From Acidobacteriota bacterium (GTDB lineage: Bacteria; Acidobacteriota; UBA6911; RPQK01; JADFOI01), in contig CBDCMH010000011.1 in the NCBI GenBank assembly GCA_965218935.1, positions 194,406 to 258,405 of the forward strand: a stretch of DNA of 64,000 bases, given 5' to 3'. How positions within the stretch are numbered: position 1 is the stretch's first letter; every line of letters begins with the position of its first letter. The notes beneath the pieces are model-generated. The model made no database searches. It saw nothing but the letters and a program-made list of their open reading frames with translations, and was not told the origin of the DNA. Positions 39,250-49,319 of the stretch are shown here, piece after piece. A program made the position numbers and the translations under genes.

Positions 39250-39381
39250 CATTTCTCCCACCTGATCGCAGCGAGGCAGTGGAGATGGCCCTGGATACAA
39301 GGCGCGCGACGGAGGCCGGGGGCACCCCTTGCGGGTCGCCGCCCCCAGTTCCGCCCAGGGAGTAGATCGAGTGTGAAAAGT
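39250..39381 (+). repeat. repeated element copy 1 (candidate structured ncRNA or MITE), upstream of pilin gene
   Basis: About 85% identical over ~90 nt to 43401-43491 (CACCTGATCG(C/T)AGCGAGGCAGTGGAGATG...GCGACGGAGGCCG..GGG...TTGCGGGTCG). It has a second conserved 3' block GTAGAT(C/T)G(A/G)GTGTGA(A/G)AA. Confidence 0.55.
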
Positions 39382-39773
39382 GCAGGCTCAGACCCCTCTC
39401 AAAACTCCTGAAACCCTTTCGTGGAAGGATTTTTAAGAGTACGAGTGTGCTGTTACATCGCTTAATTCGACTGTTTTTTAACTTGCCTCGAGTCCCGTTT
39501 TCAGGCTGTTTTCCCAGGCTTGGGAAGATCCTGATGGCCGCGCAATTCAGGCTTTGAACCGCCTTCCTTGTCTTTTGTTGGAGTTGTGGGCTGTGACATA
39601 AGGATGGTCCTCAAGATTAAAGGGTTGTATTCTGGCCCTGACTCGTGATCCCAAAGGGTTGGCTTTTATCCTACATTCAGCCTAGAGAGGCTATTTCTTG
39701 CTGTTCAGGCACGTCAATTACAGTGAGGCTTGCACCCGAGCAATTTTTAGCCTTATTCGGTAGAGGGAGTGTT

Positions 39774-40223
39774 TTGAGGAGTGCAAAGGGATTTTCGTTG
39801 ATGGAACTGCTGATCGGCGTGGCGGTGATCAGTGTGATTTCCGCCCTGGTCGTTCCCACCTTTTTGCAATCCAGGGTCGCGGCCAACGAAGCTCTGGCAA
39901 TCAGAACGATGGGCAACGTGGTGGCCTCTCAAGTATCCTATTCCATGACAACCAGCTCCGGAAGCTACACCACAGACCTCAAGGCATTACAGAAGGAGGG
40001 ATTGAATCCGGATCTGGTCGGATCAGGAATCGTTGAGGGTTATACCTTCTCCATCTCCGGGACCCGTTCCGGGTTCAGCGTTCATGCCCGACCCCTCGTC
40101 TTTGGTTCGACAGGTTATCGCAGTTTCTACAGCGATCAGACAGGTGTGATCCGCTATACGGAGGCTGACGAGATGGCGACCTCAAGTAATCCACCTGTGT
40201 ACCAGAACCGCGACACCGATTGA
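39774..40223 (+). CDS. type IV pilin / pseudopilin (prepilin N-terminal methylation domain), TTG start
   Basis: A TTG preceded by AGGGAG gives a leader (M)RSAKG|FSLMELLIGVAVISVISALVVPTF, the classic class III signal peptide and N-methylation site. The upstream part of the long ORF is rejected. Confidence 0.7.
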   Translation: MRSAKGFSLMELLIGVAVISVISALVVPTFLQSRVAANEALAIRTMGNVVASQVSYSMTTSSGSYTTDLKALQKEGLNPDLVGSGIVEGYTFSISGTRSGFSVHARPLVFGSTGYRSFYSDQTGVIRYTEADEMATSSNPPVYQNRDTD

Positions 40224-40237
40224 CCTCGCTCGCGGAC

Positions 40238-40813
40238 TTACTGCTTTTCCCCTCTTCTTAGGAACTCGGTCAACTTGGGTTCCAGTATCCGTGAAAACAG
40301 CCTGGGAAGTGAAATATCTACGATGCTGGGCCAATTGGATTTCACCAGCCCAAGTCGCTCTATGTTCCTTGCATTCCCTTTCTCCAGCGAAATGTCCTTA
40401 ACAACCGTGAGCCATAAAAGAGGGGCACTTTGGACATAATCGGCAGGACGCTGCTGAAAGAGCCTCTCAATCAGCGCCAGAGTTGTGATCATTTCCTTTA
40501 GGGAAATCTTGAGGTCCGATACAGTGAGCTGCAGGATGTTAGCCGTCTCTCCATCAATATAGGCCCGATCGTTGAAACTCTCCTCAGTGAGTACTTCCAA
40601 CGCGTTTAGATAGCCTTGTGTTTGCTCTCTCAAATAACCGGCAATTCTAATTTCGTCTTCTGGAGCACACGGTCCCCAGCCATCAGTGAGGATGAACAGC
40701 GGGGATCGGCTTCTCTGCTGACTGACCTGGGGAACCGCCTCCACCCACCCGACAAAGGCGGCTAGCAACCAGCCACCACAGAGAGGCCATAAAAACAACT
40801 TTCTCTTTGTCAT
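40238..40813 (-). CDS. hypothetical secreted protein
   Basis: Start at MTKRKLFLWPLCGGWLLAAFVGWVEA (signal). No known domain. Confidence 0.45.
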   Translation of the reverse strand: MTKRKLFLWPLCGGWLLAAFVGWVEAVPQVSQQRSRSPLFILTDGWGPCAPEDEIRIAGYLREQTQGYLNALEVLTEESFNDRAYIDGETANILQLTVSDLKISLKEMITTLALIERLFQQRPADYVQSAPLLWLTVVKDISLEKGNARNIERLGLVKSNWPSIVDISLPRLFSRILEPKLTEFLRRGEKQ

Positions 40814-41064
40814 TTTCTCACCATTGTACTCGATTCGTTCCTGCCTCCTCAACCGGTTGGACAAGTACCCGATCAGCAAGGTCACCATGCTGATGGAGCA
40901 AAGCACGGCCTGTTTTTTTTAACTTCAGTGACAGTCATCACCGCAGAATGTCCCCGCGGTCAATAGGATGATCACAGGGCAGATCCCCTCAACCGTGCGA
41001 CTAATTGTTAGCGTAAATTAACCAGGGAGAAAAGCGACGAAATGAACTGGACTTCGCCCTGCTG

Positions 41065-41802
41065 GTGGCAGAGTCAATGAGTAACCAGAACGCTGAAGGG
41101 CTCGGTGAGGGTCTGCAAATCGGACTTGCTGTATCTATTGAAGGAAGCTCACAGGAAGAGTTCGCAGCTTCCGTTGCGACAAGCTGTTCCGATGAAGTCT
41201 GGCTGGAGCTTTCGAGACCCTGCTTGCAGCTTCCCTTCCAAAAAGGAGAACGAGTCCGGGTCAAATACTGGGACGAAGGATCAATCGTCTATTGTTGGGA
41301 TGCTGACGTTATCCAAATCGCCGGGGCCGGGCATCAACACGTGGCCATCGCCATGCGCGGTAAAGGAATCACGATACAGCGGAGGCGCTACTATCGGGTC
41401 AATTATGCGATACCCTTCTCATTCAGCGTCATTGACGCTGCCGAAGCTAACCTGATTGGGGAGAAATTTTCGGAAGCCAAGACCGAGAACATCAGTGTGG
41501 CTGGGTTGAGATTTGAAACCAGTCTTGGCCTAAGAGCGGGTGACAAACTGGAGATGAACCTTCGTTTGCCCGCCTCACAATCGGTGAAAGCCGTCGGATG
41601 GGTCGTTCGAGCAGAAGCCGCACAAAACAATGGGCAACCGAGCAATTCAGTGGCGTTGAAGTTCCTTCAGCTGAACGAGGAGGACCAGATTCAACTGATG
41701 GAGTTCTTAGCCAAATCCTGTGAGGACGCACCCAGCAGGTCCGTGCAAAAAGCCGGTTCGAAGCAGCCTCAGCGCACACTCTCTCAGCCCATCGGAACCT
41801 GA
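41065..41802 (+). CDS. PilZ domain protein (YcgR-like two-domain architecture)
   Basis: RRRYYR (RxxxR) and NISVAGLRFET (D/NxSxxG) motifs. It is a paralog of 43567-44304. Confidence 0.6.
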   Translation: MAESMSNQNAEGLGEGLQIGLAVSIEGSSQEEFAASVATSCSDEVWLELSRPCLQLPFQKGERVRVKYWDEGSIVYCWDADVIQIAGAGHQHVAIAMRGKGITIQRRRYYRVNYAIPFSFSVIDAAEANLIGEKFSEAKTENISVAGLRFETSLGLRAGDKLEMNLRLPASQSVKAVGWVVRAEAAQNNGQPSNSVALKFLQLNEEDQIQLMEFLAKSCEDAPSRSVQKAGSKQPQRTLSQPIGT

Positions 41803-41854
41803 GACTTTCCCTTTGCCAGCTGCTGCCGTACGCCATCCATGAGTCGTCCCGACG

Positions 41855-43396
41855 GTGACAATCGACCTGTCGATTGATAGTATGCGCCATCGGGCCATGT
41901 CCAATGCATCAAGTCTTCCCTTAATCCAAAGAGCCCTCACACAGGGTCAACGGCTCGCCATTATCGATAAGGCGGGAAGACACACCTACGCCGACTTACT
42001 CACAGCTGCCCATCAGGTCAGCGGGTACTTACTCAGTGACCAGCCTGATCTCGGGGAAGCTCGGGTTGCCTTCATGGTTCCGCCGAACCTCGAGTATGCA
42101 GCTGTGCAATGGGGCATCTGGCTGGCTGGTGGAGTCGCGGTTCCTCTTTGCCCCTCCCATCCGCTACCGGAAATAGAGCACATCATTCGGGATACAAAAG
42201 CAGAAATTGTGGTCACCCATCCCGACTTTGAATCGCCATTGCGGTCCCTTGCGCGCGGCCTGAAGGTCCGGTTCCTCTTGACCTCAGAGGCGACAAAGGC
42301 CAAGAAAGGCCCTGTTCCCGAAGTGACGCTGGATCGGCGGGCCATGATCCTTTACACCAGTGGTACAACAAGCAAACCCAAGGGGGTCGTCACCACCCAC
42401 CGCAATATCCTGGCCCAGATTACCTCCCTGATCGATGCCTGGGAGTGGACACCCGACGATCACGTCTTACATGTCTTGCCCCTCCATCATACCCACGGCA
42501 TCGTGAACGTCCTTTTGTGCGCGTTATGGGCGGGAGCAACCTGCGAGATGCTGCCCCGGTTTGATGGCGAAACCGTGTGGAGTCGATTCGTGCATAGCGA
42601 TCTGACCCTCTTCATGGCGGTCCCTACAATCTACGTCAAACTCATCGCAGTCTGGGAGAATGCAACGAGGGAGGAGCAACAGGTTCTGTCCAATGCTTGT
42701 GCCAAGATGCGCTTGATGGTGTCCGGGTCGGCAGCGCTGCCGGCGGCTGTTTTTGAGAGATGGAAGACCATCAGCGGACACACCCTGCTGGAGCGCTACG
42801 GGATGACCGAGATAGGGATGGCTTTGTCGAATCCGCTCCACCGAGAACGAAGACCCGGTTTCGTAGGCGTGCCCTTGCCTGGTGTTGAGGTGAGACTGGT
42901 TGATGAATCCGCTCACACCATCAGGGATGAAGGAAAGCCCGGAGAAATACAGGTGCGAGGCCTCAATGTTTTTTGGGAGTACATGGGAAAACCGGAAACC
43001 ACGGCAAGGGCATTTCGCGACGGCTGGTTTAGCACTGGAGATGAGGCGGTAATGGAAAAGGGCTACTATCGGATTCTTGGCAGGAGGTCTGTCGATATCA
43101 TAAAAACGGGAGGGGATAAGGTCTCTGCTATCGAGATAGAAGAAGTATTGAGGACGAATCCTGCCATCAAGGAATGTGCTGTAATAGGCGTCAAGGATCA
43201 GGAGTGGGGAGAGCGAGTCTGTGCTGCCGTGATCCGCTGGCCCGATCATTCCTTGTCACTGGAAAGTCTTCGCGACTGGGCCAAGGAAAGGCTGGCAAAA
43301 CCTAAAGTTCCCGCTCAGCTTCTTCTATTGGATGAGCTGCCTCGCAACATCATGGGGAAGGTCAACAAGCCGGAGTTGAGAAAACTTTTCGAGTAG
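41855..43396 (+). CDS. AMP-binding acyl-CoA synthetase (malonyl-CoA synthetase-like)
   Basis: AMP-binding signature YTSGTTSKPKGV, plus TGD and GYYRILGR...K motifs. The start may be the ATG at 41897. Confidence 0.85.
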   Translation: MTIDLSIDSMRHRAMSNASSLPLIQRALTQGQRLAIIDKAGRHTYADLLTAAHQVSGYLLSDQPDLGEARVAFMVPPNLEYAAVQWGIWLAGGVAVPLCPSHPLPEIEHIIRDTKAEIVVTHPDFESPLRSLARGLKVRFLLTSEATKAKKGPVPEVTLDRRAMILYTSGTTSKPKGVVTTHRNILAQITSLIDAWEWTPDDHVLHVLPLHHTHGIVNVLLCALWAGATCEMLPRFDGETVWSRFVHSDLTLFMAVPTIYVKLIAVWENATREEQQVLSNACAKMRLMVSGSAALPAAVFERWKTISGHTLLERYGMTEIGMALSNPLHRERRPGFVGVPLPGVEVRLVDESAHTIRDEGKPGEIQVRGLNVFWEYMGKPETTARAFRDGWFSTGDEAVMEKGYYRILGRRSVDIIKTGGDKVSAIEIEEVLRTNPAIKECAVIGVKDQEWGERVCAAVIRWPDHSLSLESLRDWAKERLAKPKVPAQLLLLDELPRNIMGKVNKPELRKLFE

Positions 43397-43400
43397 CCCG

Positions 43401-43550
43401 CATGTCTCACACCTGATCGTAGCGAGGCAGTGGAGATGACTGTGGATGCAAGGCCCGCGACGGAGGCCGCGGGGGTACCCGCTTGCGGGTCGTGAAACGC
43501 AGTAGACGCAGCCAGACCTGCTTTCGCGGTAGATTGGGTGTGAGAAATTC
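43401..43550 (+). repeat. repeated element copy 2 (candidate structured ncRNA or MITE)
   Basis: It starts 5 nt after the acyl-CoA synthetase stop. It is homologous to 39250-39381, with a 9-bp terminal complement TCTCACACC...GGTGTGAGA. Confidence 0.55.
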
Positions 43551-43566
43551 GGGCCAATGGGTAGGA

Positions 43567-44304
43567 TTATTTCTCTTTCTTGCCCTTACCCTCGGCGGCG
43601 TTAACCTCGTGCAGGAACTCCATTAGATGAGCCTGAGCATCCGGAAGCAGACCGTGGAACTCAAGGCCAATTGAGTTCACAAACTTCCTTTTCTTTTGTA
43701 CCTTCTCGGAAGAGACTACGGTTGCAAAGCCATCCACCTTTTTTTTCTTGGGCAAATGGAAACTGACCTTGAGCTCATCCATGACTTTCAAGGGGGCGTC
43801 GGTCTCAAAACTCAGTCCAGTGCTGCTGATATCCAGAGTTTTTGACTTAAAGACTTTACCGGGGGGAAGCCCTCCATGAATCGCATCCACCACTTCCAAC
43901 CAAACTTCGATCTTGTGAGGAAGCCTGAAGGATCTTCTCCTTTGCATGGCGACCGGCCGGGTGACGATGGAGAATTCGATCTTCTGGTTTCCCGGCCCGG
44001 ACACCTGGGCAACCTCAGCATTGCAAAAGTAGATCCCCTGTTTATCCCAATACTTGAGCCGAACCTGCTCCCCGTTCTTGAAAGGTGAGGTTGACTCAGG
44101 TTTGGAAAGTTCAACAGACAATGCATTCTCCGAAATCTGCTTCACAGAGGCTTCTCTCAGTTGATTCGACTGTTGGACTTCCAAAGAAGAGCCCACCTGC
44201 AAATGATGAAAAGGAGTCCCGGTTCTTTGCTCTTCCACATCTATCAGTTTAATAAAAAATGGAGCGTCTTGACAAAAGTCTACCGTGATATCTCCGTCGG
44301 GCAT
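43567..44304 (-). CDS. PilZ domain protein (paralog)
   Basis: RRRSFR and DISSTGLSFET motifs. The N-terminal domain resembles the 41065 protein (VRLKYWDKQGIYFC vs VRVKYWDEGSIVYC). Confidence 0.6.
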   Translation of the reverse strand: MPDGDITVDFCQDAPFFIKLIDVEEQRTGTPFHHLQVGSSLEVQQSNQLREASVKQISENALSVELSKPESTSPFKNGEQVRLKYWDKQGIYFCNAEVAQVSGPGNQKIEFSIVTRPVAMQRRRSFRLPHKIEVWLEVVDAIHGGLPPGKVFKSKTLDISSTGLSFETDAPLKVMDELKVSFHLPKKKKVDGFATVVSSEKVQKKRKFVNSIGLEFHGLLPDAQAHLMEFLHEVNAAEGKGKKEK

Positions 44305-44457
44305 CTGTCCAAAACTGTTACTCTATAGATGAAGAATGAAGAATCTTCGGAACCCTTTGCAGGTGGATGCATCTAAGAGAATGGTCGTCAGAGACCTCTG
44401 GTATGAGGAGCCCAGTTTTATTCCGGTGGAGGTTCTAGAAATCGCTGAGCAGGCCGG

Positions 44458-45732
44458 TTGTGTATGACAAGAAGAAAGCGTTCGATGGTCACCCCTGACC
44501 TCGATGGCCATACTGTTGATCTGGTAGTCGGGATCCCTTCTTACAACGAGGCCAACAACATCGGTTTCGTAGTCGAGCAAGTCGCCCGGGGATTGGAAAA
44601 GTATTATCCCCATCTCAGCACCGCCATCATCAATGCTGACAATGCCTCTCAGGATGGAACCAAGGATGCCTTTCTGAGAGCTGAAAGTGGCGGTATTCCC
44701 AAGATTTACCTCTCCACGCCTCCCGGAGTCGAAGGAAAGGGCAACAACTTTCACAACCTTTTCACCTACCTTTCCCAATATCAACCGAGGGTGGTAGTGG
44801 ATGCGGATCTGCGCAGTATTCGCCCCACCTGGCCGCGTTCTCTGGCCGAACCTATCCTCAATGGCTACGAGTTTGTGGCGCCGCTTTACAGTCGAAACGA
44901 ATACGATGGAACCATTACCAACCATCTTTGTTACCCTCTGATCTACGCACTGTTGGGCAAAAAGATTCGCCAGCCGATTGCAGGCGAATTCGCCTTCTCG
45001 GCCAGACTCATGGAACATTGGAGAAGCCAAAGATGGGGAAGGAACGTTCGCCAATATGGGGTGGACATCTTCATGACCACCCAGGCGATCCTGGGCAATT
45101 TTCCCCTTGCCCTGGTGGGATTGGGTTCCAAAGTTCACAAACCCAGCTCTCCCAAGTTGGGCAAAATGTTTACCCAGGTTGTGGATACTCTGTTTGAGAG
45201 CTTACTGAAATCCAAAGAGCGGTGGAACAAGGAGTTGATCGAGCTTGAGAAGCCACCTGTGTACGGCCGCACCCCTTCACTGCCTGCGCCCCAGCAATTG
45301 CCCATCGACTACAAGGAATTGAAGCGGCAGGCCGTTCGGGAGTTCACTCCCAGCCAGAGCTTGATCTTGCAAATTCTTGCGCCCGATACCGGGGAAAAGG
45401 TGCACAAGATGTTTCGCACTCGTCGCTTTCGACTCTCCAGCCTGATGTGGATGAATCTCGTTTATGACTTTTTGTGCAGTTACGACCGTGCCCGGGATCG
45501 TGCCGGAAAGCTAAAAGTAATCAGGGCTCTGAAGCCTCTCTACATGGCCCGAGTGGTTTCCTTTATCCGAGAGACTCTAGAGCTGGACCACACGAAGTCT
45601 GAAAGAACGATTCTTCGACAGGCGGAAGTCTTCCGCTCGCACCGCCATCTCCTAATAAAGAATCTGGCTTCGGACACACAAATAGCCGGGAGCCCCCGCC
45701 GGAACAGTTCTGAAAGCCTTTCTATTCAGTAG
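44458..45732 (+). CDS. family 2 glycosyltransferase
   Basis: GIPSYNEA, NADNASQDGT and VVVDADL (DxD) motifs of the GT-A fold. The large antisense ORF 44323-45138 is rejected. Confidence 0.7.
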   Translation: MCMTRRKRSMVTPDLDGHTVDLVVGIPSYNEANNIGFVVEQVARGLEKYYPHLSTAIINADNASQDGTKDAFLRAESGGIPKIYLSTPPGVEGKGNNFHNLFTYLSQYQPRVVVDADLRSIRPTWPRSLAEPILNGYEFVAPLYSRNEYDGTITNHLCYPLIYALLGKKIRQPIAGEFAFSARLMEHWRSQRWGRNVRQYGVDIFMTTQAILGNFPLALVGLGSKVHKPSSPKLGKMFTQVVDTLFESLLKSKERWNKELIELEKPPVYGRTPSLPAPQQLPIDYKELKRQAVREFTPSQSLILQILAPDTGEKVHKMFRTRRFRLSSLMWMNLVYDFLCSYDRARDRAGKLKVIRALKPLYMARVVSFIRETLELDHTKSERTILRQAEVFRSHRHLLIKNLASDTQIAGSPRRNSSESLSIQ

Positions 45733-45768
45733 CGCTTCCGGATCCTGTATCATCTCACTCGGGTTCTC

Positions 45769-46455
45769 ATGATCTACGTCGGAACTTCGGGGTTTTCCTA
45801 TAAAGAATGGAAGGGTGTTTTTTATCCGGACAAGCTCCCTGCCAAAGACTACCTGTCTTTTTACTCTCAACACTTCTCCACCACCGAGATCAACAACACC
45901 TTCTATCGCTCTCCCTCAGAAGATACCAGCGCCAAATGGGCGGAGCAGGTTCCTGAGAATTTCCGCTTCACACTCAAGCTGAACCGAAAGATCACCCACA
46001 AGAAACGACTGAAGGATGTGGAAGATGAGATGGAATGGTTCTTAAAAGGTGCGGCCCCCCTGGGCAAGAAACTGGGTACCCTGCTGGTCCAGCTTCCTCC
46101 CTACTTCCGAGAAGATCAGGTGGTTCTTGAACATTTCCTGGAGGGGTACTCCAAAAGGGCCCCTCTGGCCCTTGAATTTCGTCATCCCTCATGGTTTTCC
46201 GATCAAACACTGCAACTTCTGGAAGCTCTCGGCGCCGCTCTTGTCGCGACCGAGTCTGACGAAGGTCCAGGGGTGCGCACCGTCACGGCACCCTTCCTCT
46301 ACATCCGCCTTCGGAAATCGCAATACTTGGAAAAGGATTTAAAAGAATGGGCCCAATGGATTCGGTCCCAAAACAGAGAGTCCTTCACCTACCTCAAGCA
46401 CGATACGGACGCCCCTCGCCTGGTTGAGCGACTGACTGAGTACCTGGCGTCTTAA
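45769..46455 (+). CDS. DUF72 family protein (intact paralog)
   Basis: MIYVGTSGFSYKEWKGVFYP and EFRHPSW motifs. It is homologous to the interrupted copy at 29982-30827. Confidence 0.8.
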   Translation: MIYVGTSGFSYKEWKGVFYPDKLPAKDYLSFYSQHFSTTEINNTFYRSPSEDTSAKWAEQVPENFRFTLKLNRKITHKKRLKDVEDEMEWFLKGAAPLGKKLGTLLVQLPPYFREDQVVLEHFLEGYSKRAPLALEFRHPSWFSDQTLQLLEALGAALVATESDEGPGVRTVTAPFLYIRLRKSQYLEKDLKEWAQWIRSQNRESFTYLKHDTDAPRLVERLTEYLAS

Positions 46456-46468
46456 AAGAAGATTTTTG

Positions 46469-47677
46469 TTATCGAGGGCTGGTTTGGGTCGGGACATAGT
46501 CCGTGGTGACAATATCCCAGTAGTCTTGATAAGGCCTCTCCTGGTGAAGCCCCAGCAAACTGTCGATTCGCTGCAACAAGGTGGTGACGTAGTAACCGGG
46601 GAGGGTTTCCGAATGCCTCTGCCAACGGTTGAAAACACTCCGGATCAGAACGCTGTTTTCATCAACGGGCAGGTTTTTCAGGTTCTCAAAAAAAAGGGGA
46701 AACTTTCCATCACCAAACAAGTAAAATTCCACATTGGACACGTAAAAAGCCGAGACCATAGTGCCTTGTTTTTTTAAGTACTCTCCTACATTCCTCATGG
46801 CCTTTTGCCCTGCCAGATTCCCGATCACCGGTACAATCCGATTTTCCACCTGCATCTCTCTTAAGAACTGAAAATCGCTCTCGGAATTCAAATAATTTCG
46901 CATTTTCCCGCTGCCATCGGTTTGTGTCATCAGTTGCTCATAGGTGGGATAGTGAGAACGAGGCCGACGGCCATAGCTTCGAAATTTGAGCTGTAGGTTT
47001 TCTCTAAAAAAGGCTGCAGCGATTGCATGAAAAGTGTCCCGATCCTCCTCACGGGTCAGATGGGGAAAGCGCTTTCGAATGGATGACCAGGCTTTTAGAA
47101 AGTTCTGTTCAAAGAAATCGTGGTCTGGCGAGAGATTCCGAAAGTGCTGAACCAAACCGGTCACATCGGCTGAAGGATCGGGTCGGAAACCTTGAGGAGA
47201 TTCCCTGCCAAACAAGAGTGTGAGGTATTGCCAACGGTCCTCGGAAGCCTCGATGACTTGCTTGAAATAAAGATGTTGCAGAAGATTGTCGCGGCGAAGA
47301 TCAATAATGATGGCGGTTGCAGGTCTCACCTGCACGATGTAAGTGAAGTTTTGATCGGGCCCAACTCCCAAGTAGACCTGTCCAGTTCTCGTGATCTCCT
47401 TCAATCTTGGAAGGACCTGTTGGTAGGAAGTCTCATTGGAAATCAAATTATCCGTGTCAAAATAACCCGGCTCTTCGCTCAGTTGCAGGGACAGTCGCTC
47501 AAACTCTTGATCGGCTAGTGCTGGGACCTGTTTTGCTTCGGTTTCCGGCGGTTGAGGCAGACCGACGATCAGAAAAAGAACGAGGGCGCAAAGAGCAACG
47601 ATGAGTCCTTTGATGGGGAAAAATCTGGATCGATCAACCATCGCAGTCAAGTTCCTGAACCAGAGTTTATCAAACAA
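46469..47677 (-). CDS. hypothetical membrane-anchored protein
   Basis: 402 aa with an N-terminal TM/signal segment (LIVALCALVLFLIVGL). No confident domain. Start is a TTG or an internal ATG. Confidence 0.45.
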   Translation of the reverse strand: MFDKLWFRNLTAMVDRSRFFPIKGLIVALCALVLFLIVGLPQPPETEAKQVPALADQEFERLSLQLSEEPGYFDTDNLISNETSYQQVLPRLKEITRTGQVYLGVGPDQNFTYIVQVRPATAIIIDLRRDNLLQHLYFKQVIEASEDRWQYLTLLFGRESPQGFRPDPSADVTGLVQHFRNLSPDHDFFEQNFLKAWSSIRKRFPHLTREEDRDTFHAIAAAFFRENLQLKFRSYGRRPRSHYPTYEQLMTQTDGSGKMRNYLNSESDFQFLREMQVENRIVPVIGNLAGQKAMRNVGEYLKKQGTMVSAFYVSNVEFYLFGDGKFPLFFENLKNLPVDENSVLIRSVFNRWQRHSETLPGYYVTTLLQRIDSLLGLHQERPYQDYWDIVTTDYVPTQTSPR

Positions 47678-47698
47678 AGGCTATAATAGTAGAGTCGG

Positions 47699-47977
47699 AT
47701 GTATACGAGATTTCTGTTACTGACTTTATTTGTCGGATTCTCAGTGGCACGAATTGACGATTTCCCCGAGCGTCAAGAAGGAGCCGGTACCCCGGAGTTT
47801 ACCTTCTTGCGCCTGGTGTACTCCGGACACGATTGGACGAGTTCATCCTGGGCGATCGACTATCCCAAAGCCGACCAGCAGTTCCTTTATGGACTGAGAA
47901 AACTCACCGATTTCGGGTTTGTGAACACCGAACTGTACGTCTTCAGCGAGAATGGGACATTTGGGGTTCCAAGCTAA
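47699..47977 (+). pseudogene. DUF4159 gene, N-terminal fragment truncated by IS3 insertion
   Basis: Signal-like N-terminus and [11 protein letters not shown]...DYPKAD motifs. It runs into the IS left end (TGGGACATTTGGGG...). Confidence 0.5.
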
Positions 47978-48972
47978 GAGACAGTGGGAACCGATGCTGA
48001 TCGGGCTAGTTTAGCATTGATCGCCTGCCGACGGGCAAGGGTGACTCCTTTCAATCTTCTCCTTTTTGTGTGGATGGAATCTCGTCTTGCGAAGTACATG
48101 TCATCGGGTGTGACGTTACCCAGGGCCTCGTGATAGCGCCTGGAGTTGTAGTAGTCGATAAAGACCGCGATTTCTCGCTCCAACTCCTCGGGTGTCTCCC
48201 AGACCATTAGGTTGATGCGTTCCTTGCAGGAACGATGGTAGCGTTCGATCTTCCCGTTGGTCTGGGGATGATAGGGTGAGGCCAGGATGTGGCCCAGTCC
48301 CTTGGTCTCCAGATACTGACCAAAGTCTTTGGAGATCAAAGCCGGTCCGCGGTCTGTCACCAGCCGGGGCCGATCAGACAACGGAGCCTGTTCCACACCC
48401 GTTCTCTCACAAGCCGCCTCGACCACCTGGCTGAAGTCTCCAGCACGCATGGCCGTGTGAAGTCCCCAGGCCAGGATCCTCCGGCTAAAGTCATCCAGTA
48501 CTGAGATCAGATAGTACCAGCCCCAGTTCTTGACCAGAAGATAGGTCGCATCCGTTTGCCACTGCTGGTTGGGTCGGGTCGTCTTGATTCGATATTCCGA
48601 TTCGGCTGGAAAGCTCCGGAGTTGAACCTCCCGAATCAGCCCTTCCGCTTTCAAAATCCGGTAGACCGAGGATTCCGAGACCGTAAACCCGCACCTATCC
48701 GTCACCTGGCAGCTCACTTCTCGTGAGGACCACTCTGGAAACAGCAGCGCCATCTCCAGGATTCGGTCCCGTTCTTTGGGCAGGATCTGATTCCAAACCC
48801 GTCCTGATCCTGGGGGACGGTCCCGCAAGCCTGCCAACCCCCTCTTTCGAAAGTGGTGTCTCCAGCGATAGTAGGTCGAGCGGGGGATCTCGAGTTGATC
48901 CAGCACCTCCCGGACCGGTAACTCGGAGGCCTCCACTGTCCTTAAAACTTCCAGCTTGTGCTCGCTGAGCAT
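47974..48972 (-). CDS. IS3 transposase OrfB (integrase core, DDE)
   Basis: rve-domain motifs (WQTDATYL...[10 protein letters not shown]...DRGPALIS). It lies in the -1 frame relative to orfA. Confidence 0.85.
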   Translation of the reverse strand: MLSEHKLEVLRTVEASELPVREVLDQLEIPRSTYYRWRHHFRKRGLAGLRDRPPGSGRVWNQILPKERDRILEMALLFPEWSSREVSCQVTDRCGFTVSESSVYRILKAEGLIREVQLRSFPAESEYRIKTTRPNQQWQTDATYLLVKNWGWYYLISVLDDFSRRILAWGLHTAMRAGDFSQVVEAACERTGVEQAPLSDRPRLVTDRGPALISKDFGQYLETKGLGHILASPYHPQTNGKIERYHRSCKERINLMVWETPEELEREIAVFIDYYNSRRYHEALGNVTPDDMYFARRDSIHTKRRRLKGVTLARRQAINAKLARSASVPTVS

Positions 48973-48992
48973 CCTCTGATACCTCCTTCGCC

Positions 48993-49319
48993 TTACAGGC
49001 CCAAACTTTTTTTTAGCTTTTGGTTCTCCACTACCGTCTCGGCCACCGCCTTCTTCAAGGCCTCATTCTCCTCCTTCAAGCGACGCACCTCACCGGAAGT
49101 CGCATTCCGTTGGGTCTCCCGGGTTAGACCGTTTTTGCCCGAATCCAGGAAGGCCTTGGACCACTTGTAGTAGATCGAAGGTTGAATCCCTTCTTTGCGG
49201 CACAGTTCGGTGACGGGAATCTCTCCGCGGAGCCCCTCCAAAACGATGTGGATCTTCTCTTCGGCCGTGAATCTCCGGCGGGTGGCCCTACGGATCTGTT
49301 TGACGACGTCTGTGGTCAT
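48993..49319 (-). CDS. IS3 transposase OrfA (HTH)
   Basis: MTTDVVKQIRRATRRRFTAEEKI HTH_21-like domain and a leucine-zipper tail. A slippery CTAAAAAAAAGT lies at ~49000-49010 for programmed -1 frameshifting into orfB. Confidence 0.85.
   Translation of the reverse strand: MTTDVVKQIRRATRRRFTAEEKIHIVLEGLRGEIPVTELCRKEGIQPSIYYKWSKAFLDSGKNGLTRETQRNATSGEVRRLKEENEALKKAVAETVVENQKLKKSLGL

Noticed and set aside
39250-39381. c-di-GMP riboswitch (GEMM-I/II) identity for the pilin-proximal repeat
   Set aside because: There are no GAAA tetraloop/receptor pairs or GEMM consensus blocks, and copy 2 lies in a 3' convergent region. The riboswitch call is unsupported.
39055-39411. 118-aa ORF and antisense 73-aa ORF over repeat copy 1
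   Set aside because: They overlap the duplicated non-coding element. The Ala/Arg-rich composition comes from the GC-rich repeat.
44323-45138. 271-aa ORF antisense to the GT2 glycosyltransferase
   Set aside because: Antisense overlap with a gene carrying clear GT-A motifs. No RBS or domain.
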